NCBI GenBank assembly: GCA_040289475.1
Contig: PSLF01000008.1
Coordinates: forward strand, 21,224-85,223
Origin: Acidimicrobiia bacterium
GTDB lineage: Bacteria > Actinomycetota > Acidimicrobiia > ATN3 > PSLF01
Direction: 5' to 3'
DNA: 64,000 bases
Made by a program: the position numbers and the translations under genes. The notes beneath the pieces are model-generated. The model ran no database searches. It saw only the letters and a list, made by a program, of their open reading frames with translations, and was not told the origin of the DNA. Positions 27,144-38,509 of the stretch are shown piece after piece; the first letter of the stretch is position 1, and every line of letters starts with the position of its first letter.

Positions 27144-28799
27144 GTGAGGCGCCACAAGGCCAGGCGGCAAGCTCTTCAACTTCTCTATCAGACCGAGATC
27201 ACGGGGCGTGATATCGAGGATGTGATTTCGGAGAGCCTCTCTTCAGGCGGGATGGAACCTTTTGCGCTTTTTTTAGCCAGGGGGGTTGCCCAGCGTCTAC
27301 AGCGGATAGACGAGATAATCTCGGAGTTCGCTTCCGGATGGCAGCCCGAGACCATGCCCACCGTTGATTTGATAATTCAGCGCATTGGCGTCTTCGAGCT
27401 CGTCTTTACAGATTCTCCTTCGCCTGTAGCCATAGACGAGGCGGTCGAACTTGCCAAGGAGTATTCCACGGAAGATGCAGCCCGTTTCGTAAACGGTGTT
27501 CTCGACTCGGTGGCTGCCGAGCGCCAGAGGCTTCTTCGAGGAGAACAGCGGCTGTCTGTGTCAGAAATGTTTGTACTGCCCCCCGCACTCGGCGACGGCT
27601 CTACCAAGGAGGCTTTCCCTGCGGATTTGTGTCCGCCTGCTTACGGGAGTCGCTCCTTGGCAGAGGTCGGAAGCTGGATCCTTGCCGCTATGGGCGTTGG
27701 AGATTGGGACGAAGATACATACGAGCTTCCCATCCCGCCGTCTCTGCGGCGCCTTGTCGTGTTCGTAATCGATGGGCTGGGGGCCATTCAGTTGAGAGAG
27801 CACCGTGATGTCCTATCGGACATATGGGAGCTGGCCGGAACTTTTGCAACCTCGACTTTCCCTTCTACAAGCGCCACGGGACTTACATCGATTTGCACCG
27901 CCTCAGTTCCCGCAATCCACGGCATCGTTGGCTACCGCCTACTCGAGAGGGGACGAAGTTTCAATGTGATTCGCTTTGCTTATGATCAGGACGCTGCCGA
28001 TGCGAAACTCGCTTTCTCGGGGATCGGTAGGCCTTTGAAGGCACCGGCTTTGCCATCTCCGAAGAAGTACCAGCCATGTAGGACGGTTTTCGAAATTATA
28101 GGGACAGCAAAGATAGGTGCTTACGTGATCACAAGGGACGAGTTCGAAGGCTCGGGGTTTTCCTCGCTATTGTTGCGCGGAGCAAGTTGGGCGTCCTATT
28201 CGCGGTCCTCGGAAATTCCCAATCGGGTTCGCAGCCTTCTGGAAGACCGGCGGCGCAAGCTTGTGTACGTGTACTGGGACGGGCTCGACAAAGAAGGACA
28301 CGCTGCGGGTCCTACGAGTCAGAGGTGGGCTGACGCTGCTGCCAAGGCCAACTCGCTGTGCGAAAAGATACTGGCGACCCTGAAGCCTGGTGATGGCATC
28401 CTGGTTACCTCGGATCACGGAATGATTTCAACCCCAGAGGAGTCCCGCATTGTAGCGGACAGAGATGTCAAGGATTTGTGCCGCGCGGTGGTCGGGGAGC
28501 CCAGAGTCCGGTATCTGCATGCTCGACCCGGATCAGAGGAGGCTCTATTCGAGGCAGCCTCGGAGCGTTTTGGCGACAGCGGTTTGGTGTTCAAACGGGA
28601 TAGAGCAATCTCTTTGGGCCTTTTCGGAGATGTGCCTTCTCCAGATGTCCAGAGTCGCATAGGAGATGTGATTGTCGCGATGCGGGGTGATTCGGTGTTG
28701 GTGGATCCCGATTGGCCGCAGGATCCTCCCCTTGGCAGTCACGGTTCTCTCACCGAAGGCGAGATGTTCGTTCCGTTCAGAGTTGCCGTTGGGGGATGA
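27144..28799 (+). CDS. nusB: Fusion protein: NusB antitermination factor (aa 1-135) + type I phosphodiesterase/nucleotide pyrophosphatase (alkaline-phosphatase superfamily) domain
   Basis: N-terminus RRQALQLLYQTEITG (NusB); C-terminal part has the NPP signature VFVIDGLG, TFPSTSATGLTSICTASVPAIHGIVGY and SDHGM; one uninterrupted 551-aa ORF. Confidence 0.8.
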   Translation: MRRHKARRQALQLLYQTEITGRDIEDVISESLSSGGMEPFALFLARGVAQRLQRIDEIISEFASGWQPETMPTVDLIIQRIGVFELVFTDSPSPVAIDEAVELAKEYSTEDAARFVNGVLDSVAAERQRLLRGEQRLSVSEMFVLPPALGDGSTKEAFPADLCPPAYGSRSLAEVGSWILAAMGVGDWDEDTYELPIPPSLRRLVVFVIDGLGAIQLREHRDVLSDIWELAGTFATSTFPSTSATGLTSICTASVPAIHGIVGYRLLERGRSFNVIRFAYDQDAADAKLAFSGIGRPLKAPALPSPKKYQPCRTVFEIIGTAKIGAYVITRDEFEGSGFSSLLLRGASWASYSRSSEIPNRVRSLLEDRRRKLVYVYWDGLDKEGHAAGPTSQRWADAAAKANSLCEKILATLKPGDGILVTSDHGMISTPEESRIVADRDVKDLCRAVVGEPRVRYLHARPGSEEALFEAASERFGDSGLVFKRDRAISLGLFGDVPSPDVQSRIGDVIVAMRGDSVLVDPDWPQDPPLGSHGSLTEGEMFVPFRVAVGG

Positions 28800-28860
28800 G
28801 CAAAGCCTGAGTATCTGCGAGTGGGTGCCGGTCTCGACTGCCCGCCAGCTGCAGCTAAAC

Positions 28861-29178
28861 CTAGATCTTTCTTAGCCAAATCACCGGCTGGGAAGCGCGC
28901 ACTTTCGAACCCGGCTCTACAAGTGTTCTCTCGACAATACCGGTAAAACGACTCACTACTGTTTGGCACCCACGCCGTTGGATTATTCGCCCTACCACCT
29001 CCCCGCGGTAGACGACGGCTCCGGGACGAATGAACGCCGGGTCGAGGTTCAGCTTCCCGGAGCACGGAGCTACAACAACCGCGTCGTCGCCCAATGCCTT
29101 TAGGTCGCCTTCGTAGGTATCTAGCATCGATTGGGACACCGCGCCCTCCCAACAATTCGAGCAAAAACATATGAACAA
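28861..29178 (-). CDS. Hypothetical small protein with biotinyl/lipoyl-like hybrid-barrel motifs (no Lys attachment site)
   Basis: Minus-strand 105-aa ORF between nusB-fusion and pyrR; VVVAPCSGKL ... GIVERTLVEPGSKVRASQPVIWL resembles the two halves of a barrel-sandwich hybrid; Cys-rich N-terminus. Confidence 0.35.
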   Translation of the reverse strand: MFICFCSNCWEGAVSQSMLDTYEGDLKALGDDAVVVAPCSGKLNLDPAFIRPGAVVYRGEVVGRIIQRRGCQTVVSRFTGIVERTLVEPGSKVRASQPVIWLRKI

Positions 29179-29465
29179 CTCATGCGGCCCTCAGTTGGAC
29201 GAATAGGAAACAAGGACGGTTTCGGGTTTTTATGTGATGTTTGTCACCGAAGCAGTGTTCCGCAATTTTCGGCACGCTCTCAGTTGCCGTGCTCGAAAAA
29301 GTGGGGCGTTTTAGTTGTCTCAGACCTGCGCTACCTGGGGATATCCGTATGATTCTCGATTGTGAGTTCGACTGGTGGTATCGTGGTCCTGGCTCCTCGG
29401 GCCTTCTTTACGAGTTTGGACTGCTCCTTTAATGGCTCGTCCGGTGAGGCGAGAAAGGACGTGAG

Positions 29466-30059
29466 TTGCGAGAATGCTCGCGCAAGAAAGTACTAGATGC
29501 CGCTTCTATGCGGCGGTCTATCGCTCGCATGGCCCATGAAATCGTGGAAGCCGGCAACTTCCCCGATTCTCTTGCTCTTGTAGGAGTATTTACCCGCGGG
29601 GTTCCGCTTGCTCGCCGTCTGGCCCGTCTGATAGAGGAATTCGAGGGGGCGCGTGTCGACTGTGGCGAGCTGGATGTCACGTTCTACCGAGACGACCTTC
29701 CTATGAGGCGTCCTCGTCCGTCGAGGCAGAGCGATCTTGGTTTCGACCTAACCGGTAGAAACGTGGTCCTAGTTGACGACGTGATCTTTACTGGTCGGAC
29801 AATTCGAGCGGCGCTAGATGCCCTAATGGACTTCGGGCGGCCTAGACGAGCCCAGCTTGCGGTTCTCATCGATCGGGGCCATCGGGAGCTCCCGATTAGA
29901 GCCGATTTCGTAGGTAAAAACCTACCTACCTCTCTGGGCGAGGTCGTCAAAGTTCACCTCGAAGAAGTAGACGGAGAGGATGCAGTCTACATCGAGGTGC
30001 AAGACCAACAAGTACGGACCACGGGTGCCTCTACCCAAATCCCAACAACGAGGCCATGA
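29466..30059 (+). CDS. pyrR: Pyrimidine operon regulator / uracil phosphoribosyltransferase PyrR
   Basis: PRTase motif [18 protein letters not shown], typical PyrR N-terminus. Confidence 0.93.
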   Translation: MRECSRKKVLDAASMRRSIARMAHEIVEAGNFPDSLALVGVFTRGVPLARRLARLIEEFEGARVDCGELDVTFYRDDLPMRRPRPSRQSDLGFDLTGRNVVLVDDVIFTGRTIRAALDALMDFGRPRRAQLAVLIDRGHRELPIRADFVGKNLPTSLGEVVKVHLEEVDGEDAVYIEVQDQQVRTTGASTQIPTTRP

Positions 30060-31066
30060 GCGGAGGACATAGAGTCGTCGAGTCCGGTGACGAGGGGGGT
30101 GTGGTGACTGTTTCTCATAAATCTGTGGTACCTTCCGATCTGCTGTCCACAGAAGATATCGAAACCAGCTTCGTTGAGCGCATTCTTCGCGAGGCTGCCA
30201 GTTTCGAAGAAGTTTTAGCTCGACCGGTGCCTGTAGTGCCGGTTCTAAGAGGCGTAACTGTAGCCGTAGCGTTTTTCGAGCCTTCCACCCGAACGAGGAT
30301 CTCCTTCGAGCTGGCGGCAAGGAGACTCTCCGCCGACGTGATTTCCTTTGCGGCAGCTGGATCGGCTGTATCCAAGGGAGAGAGTTTGATCGACACAGCC
30401 CTTACACTGACGGCAATCGGAGCCGACTGCTTGGTGATTCGCCACCCGTGCTCGGGGGCGCCCGAGCGAATAGCCGAGGTTTTAGATGTTCCAGTCGTAA
30501 ATGCGGGAGACGGTTGTCATCAGCATCCGACCCAGGCTCTTACCGATTTATACACGATTCGGAAACGCTGGGGAGGGAACGAGCGCCTCAGGGTCACCAT
30601 AGTCGGCGATATACAGCATTCGAGAGTGGCTCGCTCGGCAGTCTGGCTGTTTTCCCGCTTTGGATTCGAAGTTACTTGTGTAGGGCCTCCTGCGCTGCTG
30701 CCTCGTTACGCCGAGGGATGGCCGTGTGCGTTCAGTCACTCCTTGGACGACGTAATTCCAAATACCGATGTCCTTATGCTGCTACGACTTCAGCTTGAGC
30801 GGGGAGCAGGTGGTGCCATCGGATCGGAGGAAGAGTACAGGCAGTTTTTCGGGGTGGATCTAGCCCGAGCCAAAGCACTTCCCGAAGGGGCTGTAATCAT
30901 GCACCCGGGCCCCGTGAATAGGGGGGTAGAGGTCGACCCAGATGTCCTGGCATTAGACAATTGCCTCGTCAACGAGCAGGTTGCGTCTGGGTTAGCCGTG
31001 AGGATGGCGGTTTTGTATTTGCTAACCGTGGGAAGCAGAGAGGAGCCGGCGGATGCTCGTATATGA
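30056..31066 (+). CDS. pyrB: Aspartate carbamoyltransferase catalytic subunit
   Basis: [13 protein letters not shown] and HPTQALTD motifs. Confidence 0.95.
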   Translation: MSGGHRVVESGDEGGVVTVSHKSVVPSDLLSTEDIETSFVERILREAASFEEVLARPVPVVPVLRGVTVAVAFFEPSTRTRISFELAARRLSADVISFAAAGSAVSKGESLIDTALTLTAIGADCLVIRHPCSGAPERIAEVLDVPVVNAGDGCHQHPTQALTDLYTIRKRWGGNERLRVTIVGDIQHSRVARSAVWLFSRFGFEVTCVGPPALLPRYAEGWPCAFSHSLDDVIPNTDVLMLLRLQLERGAGGAIGSEEEYRQFFGVDLARAKALPEGAVIMHPGPVNRGVEVDPDVLALDNCLVNEQVASGLAVRMAVLYLLTVGSREEPADARI

Positions 31067-31127
31067 GAATCGGTCTGACTCAACTTTGCTGCTATCCGAT
31101 GCCGGCAGGATCGTGAGGTAGCCACCT

Positions 31128-32495
31128 ATGATCTTCGAGACCTTGTTGATTCGGGGATGCGAAGTTGTTGGACCGGACGGCGTGACCCAGGCGGACCTAC
31201 TCATAGAGGACGGGCGGATACTAAAGATGGGCAGGGGGATCAGGCATGCCCGAGCTCGAGTGATCGATGCGTCTGGAATGTTGGTGTTTCCTGGTCTCGT
31301 CGATATGCATACCCATCTGAGGGAACCTGGCCAAGAGCGATCCGAGACTATAGAGACAGCCTGTCGGGCCGCCGTAGCGGGCGGGTACACAGCAGTTGTC
31401 GCAATGCCCAATACCAATCCGCCAGTCGACTCGCCCGAAATAGTTGTCTCGGTAAGGTCGAAAGCGAACGCGGTGAGGTTGGTCGATGTCGAGGTGGCTG
31501 CTTGCGTAACCAAACATCGGAGCGGCTACCGACTTACGGAGATGGGGCGCCTCGCTGGATTGGGAGTGAGGCTTTTTACAGACGATGGAACCTGTGTGAG
31601 ATCTGCGGCTGCCCTCAAGCTCGCATTGACCAACAGTGCCCGAATGGGATTCATAGTCGCTGATCACCCAGAAGAACCCTCTCTCGTTGGAGAGGATTTG
31701 GTCTCGCAATCACTTGAAGAGGAATCTAGATTTGGCTACGGCGCGCGGGAACGACGTGGTGTCGGTTGCATCAACGAAGGTGAGATCTCCTCGAGACTCG
31801 GCCTACCGGTCAGACCGAGAGAGGCCGAGACCGTCATAGTCTCTAGAGACTTGGCCATTTTGGCGGCCGTGGGAGGCCGTCTTCACCTTCAGCATTTATC
31901 GACGTCGGACAGCTTTGATTTGTTGAAGCGTGCCAAGGAATCAGGACTTTCTGTTACAGCCGAGGTCGCCCCGCACCATCTCGTATTTACCGAGGAGGCT
32001 GCGAGCGGATGCGACCCCGTCTACAAAGTCAACCCCCCTTTGCGCACGCGGTTCGATCTTGAGGCTGCTCGAGAAGCTTTAGTGGAAGGGGTCGTAGATG
32101 TGGTAGCTACCGACCACGCTCCGCACGCTCCCGAGCTCAAGGAACTTGCCTTTGAGGAGGCGCCTGCCGGCATCGCCAGTATAGAGATCGCTTTCTCCCT
32201 TCTTTACACCGAGCTAGTTTGCAACGGGGTGCTTTCCATACAAGATCTCGTGAGGCTCATGAGCTCCAGACCAGCTGAGATTTTGGGGCTCGAGGACCAC
32301 GGCGGGCCCTTGCAAGAAGGATCAGCTGCAAACGTAGCTGTGTTCGATCCGTCTAGGACTTGGGAGTACGACCCATCTGTTTCCTATTCCAAGGCTAAGG
32401 CGAGCCCCTATGCGGGACGGAAATTCAACGGTAGGGTGGTTTTGACGATCTACCGAGGACAAGTGGTATTCGAAGAAGAAAGGAGCGGCGATTGA
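31128..32495 (+). CDS. pyrC: Dihydroorotase
   Basis: DMHTHLREPG metal-binding motif, 455 aa. Confidence 0.93.
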   Translation: MIFETLLIRGCEVVGPDGVTQADLLIEDGRILKMGRGIRHARARVIDASGMLVFPGLVDMHTHLREPGQERSETIETACRAAVAGGYTAVVAMPNTNPPVDSPEIVVSVRSKANAVRLVDVEVAACVTKHRSGYRLTEMGRLAGLGVRLFTDDGTCVRSAAALKLALTNSARMGFIVADHPEEPSLVGEDLVSQSLEEESRFGYGARERRGVGCINEGEISSRLGLPVRPREAETVIVSRDLAILAAVGGRLHLQHLSTSDSFDLLKRAKESGLSVTAEVAPHHLVFTEEAASGCDPVYKVNPPLRTRFDLEAAREALVEGVVDVVATDHAPHAPELKELAFEEAPAGIASIEIAFSLLYTELVCNGVLSIQDLVRLMSSRPAEILGLEDHGGPLQEGSAANVAVFDPSRTWEYDPSVSYSKAKASPYAGRKFNGRVVLTIYRGQVVFEEERSGD

Positions 32496-33679
32496 GGCGG
32501 CGGAAGGCACTTCTCGCTCTCGAAGACGGAGCGATCTTCGAAGGAGAGGCGGCTGGGGCCGATGCTGGGGCGCAAGGTGACTGCTTTGGGGAGGTCATTT
32601 TCAATACCTCGCTAACCGGCTACCAAGAGGTGATCACCGATCCTTCCTACTCCGGCCAAATCGTGGCTATGACTTATCCCCACATAGGCAACTACGGGGT
32701 TTGTGACAGCGACTCGCAAAGCAGGACGATTTTCGCCTCGGGCATGGTATTGCGCTCTCTCAGCGAGCATGCGAGCTCTTGGCGGAGCCACCGTTCGTTC
32801 GAAGAGTTTTTGATCGAGGCGGGTTGCCCGGCGATCACCGAGGTCGATACTCGCCGGCTGACCAGGCATATAAGAGACAAAGGAGCTATGACGGGGGTGA
32901 TAGTCCATGGAGATGTCGATCCCGGGGACGCAGTCGAGATGGCGCGAAAAGCGCCAAGGCTCGAGGGTCGGGATTTGGTCAGGCGAGTGATAGGCAAGGA
33001 GCCGCAGAGTTTCGAGCCAGACGGGCTCTCGGCCCGCTGTCACATCGTGGCTTATGACTTCGGTATCAAACGGCGAATTATCGAGTACTTTGTCAAGCAA
33101 GGGGCCAAGGTCACCGTGGTGCCTGGTGTCACGCCGGCCAAGGAGGTACTTTCGCTTTCTCCTCATGGCGTGTTTCTCTCGAATGGCCCTGGAGATCCGG
33201 CGGTCGTCTCGTATGGGATCGAGGCTATAAAGGGTCTTTTGGGCAGAGTGCCTATTTTTGGGATCTGCTTGGGTCACCAGCTTCTGGGCCTGGCTTTGGG
33301 AGCAAAGACCTTCAAGCTTCCCTTCGGACACCACGGGGGAAACCATCCGGTGCGAGTACTTGCCACCGGACGTGTGGAGATCACCTCTCAAAATCATGGT
33401 TTCGCCGTATCTTCCGAGTCGCTCGGGGGCAGTCTACCGAAAGGGCTTCCCTGGAAAGAGGGCTCGCTGGAGGGACCGTTGCGTCTCAGAAGCCAAGCAT
33501 TTGGCGAGATTGAGGTGACTCACCTCAATCTGAACGATGGCACGATCGAGGGAATCGAATGCCTGGAACTTCCGGCGTTTTCGGTTCAGTATCACCCAGA
33601 AGCTGCGCCGGGGCCCCACGATGCAGTCGGTCTGTTCGAGCGCTTTGTGGCTCTAGCGGCGGCTGGTGCTGGAGATTAG
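32492..33679 (+). CDS. carA: Carbamoyl-phosphate synthase small (glutaminase) subunit
   Basis: GATase motif GICLGHQLL. Confidence 0.95.
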   Translation: MRRRKALLALEDGAIFEGEAAGADAGAQGDCFGEVIFNTSLTGYQEVITDPSYSGQIVAMTYPHIGNYGVCDSDSQSRTIFASGMVLRSLSEHASSWRSHRSFEEFLIEAGCPAITEVDTRRLTRHIRDKGAMTGVIVHGDVDPGDAVEMARKAPRLEGRDLVRRVIGKEPQSFEPDGLSARCHIVAYDFGIKRRIIEYFVKQGAKVTVVPGVTPAKEVLSLSPHGVFLSNGPGDPAVVSYGIEAIKGLLGRVPIFGICLGHQLLGLALGAKTFKLPFGHHGGNHPVRVLATGRVEITSQNHGFAVSSESLGGSLPKGLPWKEGSLEGPLRLRSQAFGEIEVTHLNLNDGTIEGIECLELPAFSVQYHPEAAPGPHDAVGLFERFVALAAAGAGD

Positions 33680-33755
33680 GCGGAACGCTACCGAGGCTTT
33701 TGTCGACGAAGGTCTGCAACGCCCGTGGTAGCGCGGAAAACCAGGAGAGCATTGC

Positions 33756-36700
33756 ATGCCGGCTAGACGTGATATCCACTCGATTCTGATCATTGGATCG
33801 GGGCCGATAGTGATAGGGCAGGCTTGCGAGTTCGATTACTCGGGTACCCAAGCCTGTAAGGTGCTAAGGCGTCTCGGGTACCGGGTCGTTTTGGTCAACT
33901 CCAATCCGGCCACAATCATGACAGATCCAGGGTTTGCGGACAGAACCTATCTAGAGCCGCTTGATCTCGAGACTGTCACTGAGGTGATTCGTCGCGAGAG
34001 ACCGGATGCACTTCTTCCTACGCTGGGTGGCCAAACTGCTCTGAACCTCGCTGTAGAGCTTGATTCCGAGGGAGTTCTCGACCGCTATGGTGTCGAACTC
34101 ATCGGAGCAAAAGTCTCCGCGATAAAGACCGCCGAAGCGCGCGACGCCTTCAAAGCGGCGATGCTAGAGATAGGCCTGGAGGTACCTCGTTCAGAAGTGG
34201 TCACTACAGCCGAGGATGCCGTATCGGTCGCCGAGTCTTTGGGTTACCCGGTTGTTCTTCGCCCCTCTTTCATCTTGGGCGGGGGAGGATCGGCGATCGT
34301 GCGCTCCCCAGAAGAACTGGAAGGAGCAGCAAGGGCTGCAATCCATCAAAGCCCAGCAGGCCAGGTATTGATCGAGGAGTCGGTACTCGGATGGAAAGAG
34401 TTCGAGCTCGAGGTGATGAGAGACCTCGCTGACAACGTGGTAATAGTGTGTTCAATCGAGAACTTCGACCCGATGGGAATCCACACAGGCGACTCCATCA
34501 CGGTCGCTCCGGCTCAGACGCTCTCCGATGTCGAGTACCAGAGAATGCGCGATGCTGCAATGGCAGTGATTCGCCGTATCGGGGTAGAGACGGGCGGCTC
34601 GAACATTCAGTTCGCAGTAGACCCTAAAAGCGGACGGATGGTTGTCATCGAAATGAACCCCCGCGTGTCGCGTTCTTCCGCGCTGGCTTCCAAGGCGACT
34701 GGGTTTCCGATCGCGAAGATGGCAGCTCAGCTAGCAGTTGGGTGTACCCTGGACGAAATAGCCAACGACATCACCCAAAAGACCCCGGCCTCTTTTGAGC
34801 CTACGATTGACTACGTTGTGGTCAAAATCCCCAGGTGGGCCTTTGAAAAATTTCCAGGGGTGGACGACACCTTGGGTACTCAGATGATGTCGGTGGGGGA
34901 GGTGATGGCAATTGGTAGAACTTTTCCGCAAGCGCTACAGAAGGCTCTGCGCTCGCTCGAGATCGGTGCGGCGGGACTAGGTCTTGACACGATAGAAGAC
35001 TCGCTCCGTTCCATCGATAGCCAGGCGCTTCTCGACTCGGTCGTGCGACCTACTCCAGATAGGGTATTCCGAATCGGGGAGCTTCTCTACAGGGGAGTCG
35101 AGGTTGGCGAAGTAAGCGCCCATACCGGCATAGATCCCTGGTTTTTGTACGAGATGAAAAACGTCATAGAGCTTCGGCGCGAAGCAGAAATGTGCGCCAA
35201 TGAGGCAAGCCCCGGCGCGGATCCGCCTCTTTCTCTTTTGAGAAGACTAAAAAGGAGCGGTTTCTCAGACATCCAAATAGGACGCATATTTGGCCGAAGC
35301 GAGAGCTATGTGCGAGATTTGCGAGCTAAGAGCGGAATCTCAGCGACCTATAAAACCGTCGACACCTGTGCTGCTGAGTTCGAGGCTTCGACTCCCTATC
35401 ACTACAGCACTTACGAGGATGAGACCGAGGTCTGCAAGAGCGACAAAAAGACCGTAGTGATTCTAGGAGCCGGTCCCAATCGGATAGGGCAGGGAATTGA
35501 GTTCGACTACTGCTGCGTCCATGCGGTCTTCGCCTTACAGAAAGCCGGGTATGAGACGGTGATGATCAACTGCAATCCCGAGACGGTCTCGACCGACTAC
35601 GACACCGCCGACAAGCTGTACTTCGAACCGCTTACTTTGGAGGATGTTCTCTCCGTCATAGAGGCAGAGGATCCTTTGGGGGTAATACTTCAGCTGGGAG
35701 GACAGACTCCGCTCAAACTAGCTCAAGCACTCCAAGATGCGGGAGTCTCGGTCTTGGGCACTCCCCCAGATGCAATAGACGTTGCCGAGGATCGCCGGCT
35801 TTTTGGAGAGCTATGTTCAAAGCTGGGAATTCTGCAACCACCTAACGCTGCGGTCACGACCGTAGAAGAAGCAGTGGAGGCAGCGCGTAGCATCGGATAT
35901 CCGGTCCTAGTAAGGCCCAGCTACGTACTGGGTGGGCGTGCAATGGAAATCGTCTACCGCGAAGACGACCTGGTTGCTTACGTTCGGGAGGCTGTCAAGG
36001 CTTCCCGGCGAATCGAGAACTCCGATGCAACGGAAGAGCGTCCGGTTTTAATCGACCGATTTCTTGAGGACGCAACAGAGGTTGACGTCGATGCGCTCTG
36101 TGACGGAGAAGAGGTCTTAGTGGCGGGGGTCATGGAGCACATTGAGGAAGCAGGTGTCCATTCGGGAGACTCGGCCTGTGTCCTTCCGCCTAAGACACTC
36201 TCACCCCTCATTTTGGACGTTATAGAAGAGCATGTCACAGAGCTGGCGCTCGCGCTGGGCGTGAAAGGCTTGATAAATGTGCAATTCGCAGTCAAAGACG
36301 GCGAAGTGTTTGTCTTGGAGGCCAATCCCCGGGCCAGTCGAACGGTACCTTTTGTATCGAAAGCCACCGGGGTTCCCCTTGCGGGTCTGGCCGCTTTGGT
36401 GATGGTAGGCAAGGGACTCGCTTCGTTGCGGAAGGAAGGACTTCTTAGCGATTCGGTCATTGGGCACGTCTCGGTCAAGGAGGCGGTTCTTCCATTCGGC
36501 CGCTTCTCCAGCTCCGATGCGCTTCTGGGTCCAGAGATGAAGTCAACCGGCGAGACAATGGGGATAGCACGCACTTTTGGGATGGCCTTCGCTAAAGCCG
36601 AAGCCGGGGCATTCAGCAAGCTTCCAACCCAGGGAGGCATCTTTATATCCGTCGCTGACCGTGACAAGGCGGCCATCGTTCCAGTAGCTCGCCGATTCGC

Positions 36701-37034
36701 GAAGTTGGGTTTCGAGATCTTCGCAACGGCTGGTACTGCCGGTACCCTAAAGAATTCGGGGATTCCTGCTGTAGAGGTATCGAAGCTGGGCGAAGGCGGG
36801 GTGACGGGACTACAGCTGATCGAAGAAGGAAAAGTCGGTTTAGTTATCAACACTCCCCAAGGAAGAGGGCCGCGGGCAGATGGGTACTACCTGCGTCGTG
36901 CCGCTCTGGAGCAACGTATTCCTTGTATCACGACGATTGCAGGGGCCGAGGCAGCTGTATCGGGGATTGCAGCAATGCGGAGATCAAGGGCCGAAGTTCG
37001 CTCACTCCAGGAGTACCACGCCTCCCGGACATAG
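33756..37034 (+). CDS. carB: Carbamoyl-phosphate synthase large subunit
   Basis: 1092 aa, duplicated ATP-grasp halves, MGS-like C-terminus. Confidence 0.97.
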   Translation: MPARRDIHSILIIGSGPIVIGQACEFDYSGTQACKVLRRLGYRVVLVNSNPATIMTDPGFADRTYLEPLDLETVTEVIRRERPDALLPTLGGQTALNLAVELDSEGVLDRYGVELIGAKVSAIKTAEARDAFKAAMLEIGLEVPRSEVVTTAEDAVSVAESLGYPVVLRPSFILGGGGSAIVRSPEELEGAARAAIHQSPAGQVLIEESVLGWKEFELEVMRDLADNVVIVCSIENFDPMGIHTGDSITVAPAQTLSDVEYQRMRDAAMAVIRRIGVETGGSNIQFAVDPKSGRMVVIEMNPRVSRSSALASKATGFPIAKMAAQLAVGCTLDEIANDITQKTPASFEPTIDYVVVKIPRWAFEKFPGVDDTLGTQMMSVGEVMAIGRTFPQALQKALRSLEIGAAGLGLDTIEDSLRSIDSQALLDSVVRPTPDRVFRIGELLYRGVEVGEVSAHTGIDPWFLYEMKNVIELRREAEMCANEASPGADPPLSLLRRLKRSGFSDIQIGRIFGRSESYVRDLRAKSGISATYKTVDTCAAEFEASTPYHYSTYEDETEVCKSDKKTVVILGAGPNRIGQGIEFDYCCVHAVFALQKAGYETVMINCNPETVSTDYDTADKLYFEPLTLEDVLSVIEAEDPLGVILQLGGQTPLKLAQALQDAGVSVLGTPPDAIDVAEDRRLFGELCSKLGILQPPNAAVTTVEEAVEAARSIGYPVLVRPSYVLGGRAMEIVYREDDLVAYVREAVKASRRIENSDATEERPVLIDRFLEDATEVDVDALCDGEEVLVAGVMEHIEEAGVHSGDSACVLPPKTLSPLILDVIEEHVTELALALGVKGLINVQFAVKDGEVFVLEANPRASRTVPFVSKATGVPLAGLAALVMVGKGLASLRKEGLLSDSVIGHVSVKEAVLPFGRFSSSDALLGPEMKSTGETMGIARTFGMAFAKAEAGAFSKLPTQGGIFISVADRDKAAIVPVARRFAKLGFEIFATAGTAGTLKNSGIPAVEVSKLGEGGVTGLQLIEEGKVGLVINTPQGRGPRADGYYLRRAALEQRIPCITTIAGAEAAVSGIAAMRRSRAEVRSLQEYHASRT

Positions 37035-37040
37035 TTCGGG

Positions 37041-38045
37041 ATGCTTCAGGCGCGCATGTTCAGCCGGATAAGCCGCAAGAGAGCCCGGATTGCAAATCCC
37101 AAAGAAAAATGCGTAGATCTTTCTGTTGACCTAGGTCCCCTTAGGCTTCGCTCTCCCGTCATCACAGCCGCGGGCACTTTTGGGCTGGCCGACGAGTACT
37201 TGAGGGGAGTCGACGTCTCGCGAATTGGTGCATACACGACCAAGTCTTTGTCGCTCGATGCCTGGCCCGGAAATCCTCCTCCCCGCATACGGCGGGCTCC
37301 AGCAGGCATGATCAACTCGATTGGCCTCGAAAACCCAGGAGTCAACGAGTGGGTAGAAAAGCACCTAGCTCTTGTGGAGCGTTGGGACATCCCCATAATC
37401 GGCAGTGTGTGGGGGAGGAGTGTCTCCGAGTTCGCCGAAGCTGCTTCGCGGCTAGCTTGTCGGAATTCGGTTATCGCTATTGAGGTGAATCTGTCTTGCC
37501 CGAACTTGGAAAAACCTACCGAGATCTTTGCCCACGACTACAAGCTGTCAGCATCTGTCATCCAGGCGGTTTCGAAGTCCGTCCGATCGGCGGGAAAACC
37601 CGTGTTCGCAAAACTCAGCCCAAACCTGCCTAGTCTTGTCGAGATGGCCAAAGAACTCCTAGAGGCTGGTGCTACGGGGCTCACCCTAACCAATACGGTT
37701 TTGGCCACTGCTTTAGAGATTCATCACGCGGCTCTGGCGTTGGGCAACCCTAGAGGGGGCCTGTCTGGGCCCGCTATAAAGCCGATCGTACTTAGGCATG
37801 TGCTGGAGGTGGCGAGCGAGGTTCGGGGTGTTCCAATTATCGGTACTGGCGGGGTCTTCAATGGCTGTGATGCCGTCGAGATGCTAATGGCGGGTGCTAG
37901 TGCTGTGGGTGTGGGCACGGCGAGTTTTTACGACCCGAGAGCTCCTGCCAAAATTGCGGGAGAGATTGAGGCCTGGTGTCTTCGTAGCCGGATTTTTTCG
38001 GTAAGAGAACTTCAAGGGGTTGCAATACCTGGCGGTCTGCCCTAA
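37041..38045 (+). CDS. pyrD: Dihydroorotate dehydrogenase (class 1)
   Basis: LRLRSPVITAAGTFG, NLSCPN, IIGTGGV motifs; occupies the position where many actinobacteria carry pyrF. Confidence 0.88.
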   Translation: MLQARMFSRISRKRARIANPKEKCVDLSVDLGPLRLRSPVITAAGTFGLADEYLRGVDVSRIGAYTTKSLSLDAWPGNPPPRIRRAPAGMINSIGLENPGVNEWVEKHLALVERWDIPIIGSVWGRSVSEFAEAASRLACRNSVIAIEVNLSCPNLEKPTEIFAHDYKLSASVIQAVSKSVRSAGKPVFAKLSPNLPSLVEMAKELLEAGATGLTLTNTVLATALEIHHAALALGNPRGGLSGPAIKPIVLRHVLEVASEVRGVPIIGTGGVFNGCDAVEMLMAGASAVGVGTASFYDPRAPAKIAGEIEAWCLRSRIFSVRELQGVAIPGGLP

Positions 38046-38119
38046 TCTGCGTCATCACGAACGGTTATAATGCCGCGCGCACATCGCACCCTTCCGATCA
38101 AAGCCAAAAGGAGGCACAC

Positions 38120-38443
38120 ATGCCGGAACAACAACAGCCGCCAGCCTTGACTGCTGAACAGCGCCAGGAAGCCTTGAAGAAGGCTGCCAAGGTGCGAAAA
38201 GAAAGGGCAGAGATAAAGGAAAAGTTGAAGAACGGTTCTACCACTCTCAAGGAGGTGCTCGACAAGGGCGAGAAGTCCGAAGTAATCGGAAAAATGAAGG
38301 TGCTATCTCTTCTTGAGTCTCTCCCCGGGGTAGGTAAAGTTCGAGCGCGCAAGATCATGCAAGAGCTCGAAATTAGCGAGACCCGTAGGGTCAAGGGGTT
38401 GGGAGCCCGCCAGCGGCAGGGCCTTCTCGAGCGGTTTAGCTGA
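38120..38443 (+). CDS. mihF: Actinobacterial integration host factor mIHF
   Basis: KKAAKVRKERAEIKEKLKNGSTTLKEVL ... KVLSLLESLPGVGKVRARKIMQELEI characteristic of mIHF; marker of Actinobacteria. Confidence 0.9.
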   Translation: MPEQQQPPALTAEQRQEALKKAAKVRKERAEIKEKLKNGSTTLKEVLDKGEKSEVIGKMKVLSLLESLPGVGKVRARKIMQELEISETRRVKGLGARQRQGLLERFS

Positions 38444-38509
38444 GCGAGTGCGATTCGCCGGAACCAAGATATTTACAAAAGCGTTTGGTCCCTTGCAGGC
38501 AGCTTGTAG

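Noticed and set aside
35978-36853. 291-aa minus-strand ORF inside carB
   Set aside because: Antisense to a highly conserved carB segment with no homology features; high-GC genomes give long spurious antisense frames.
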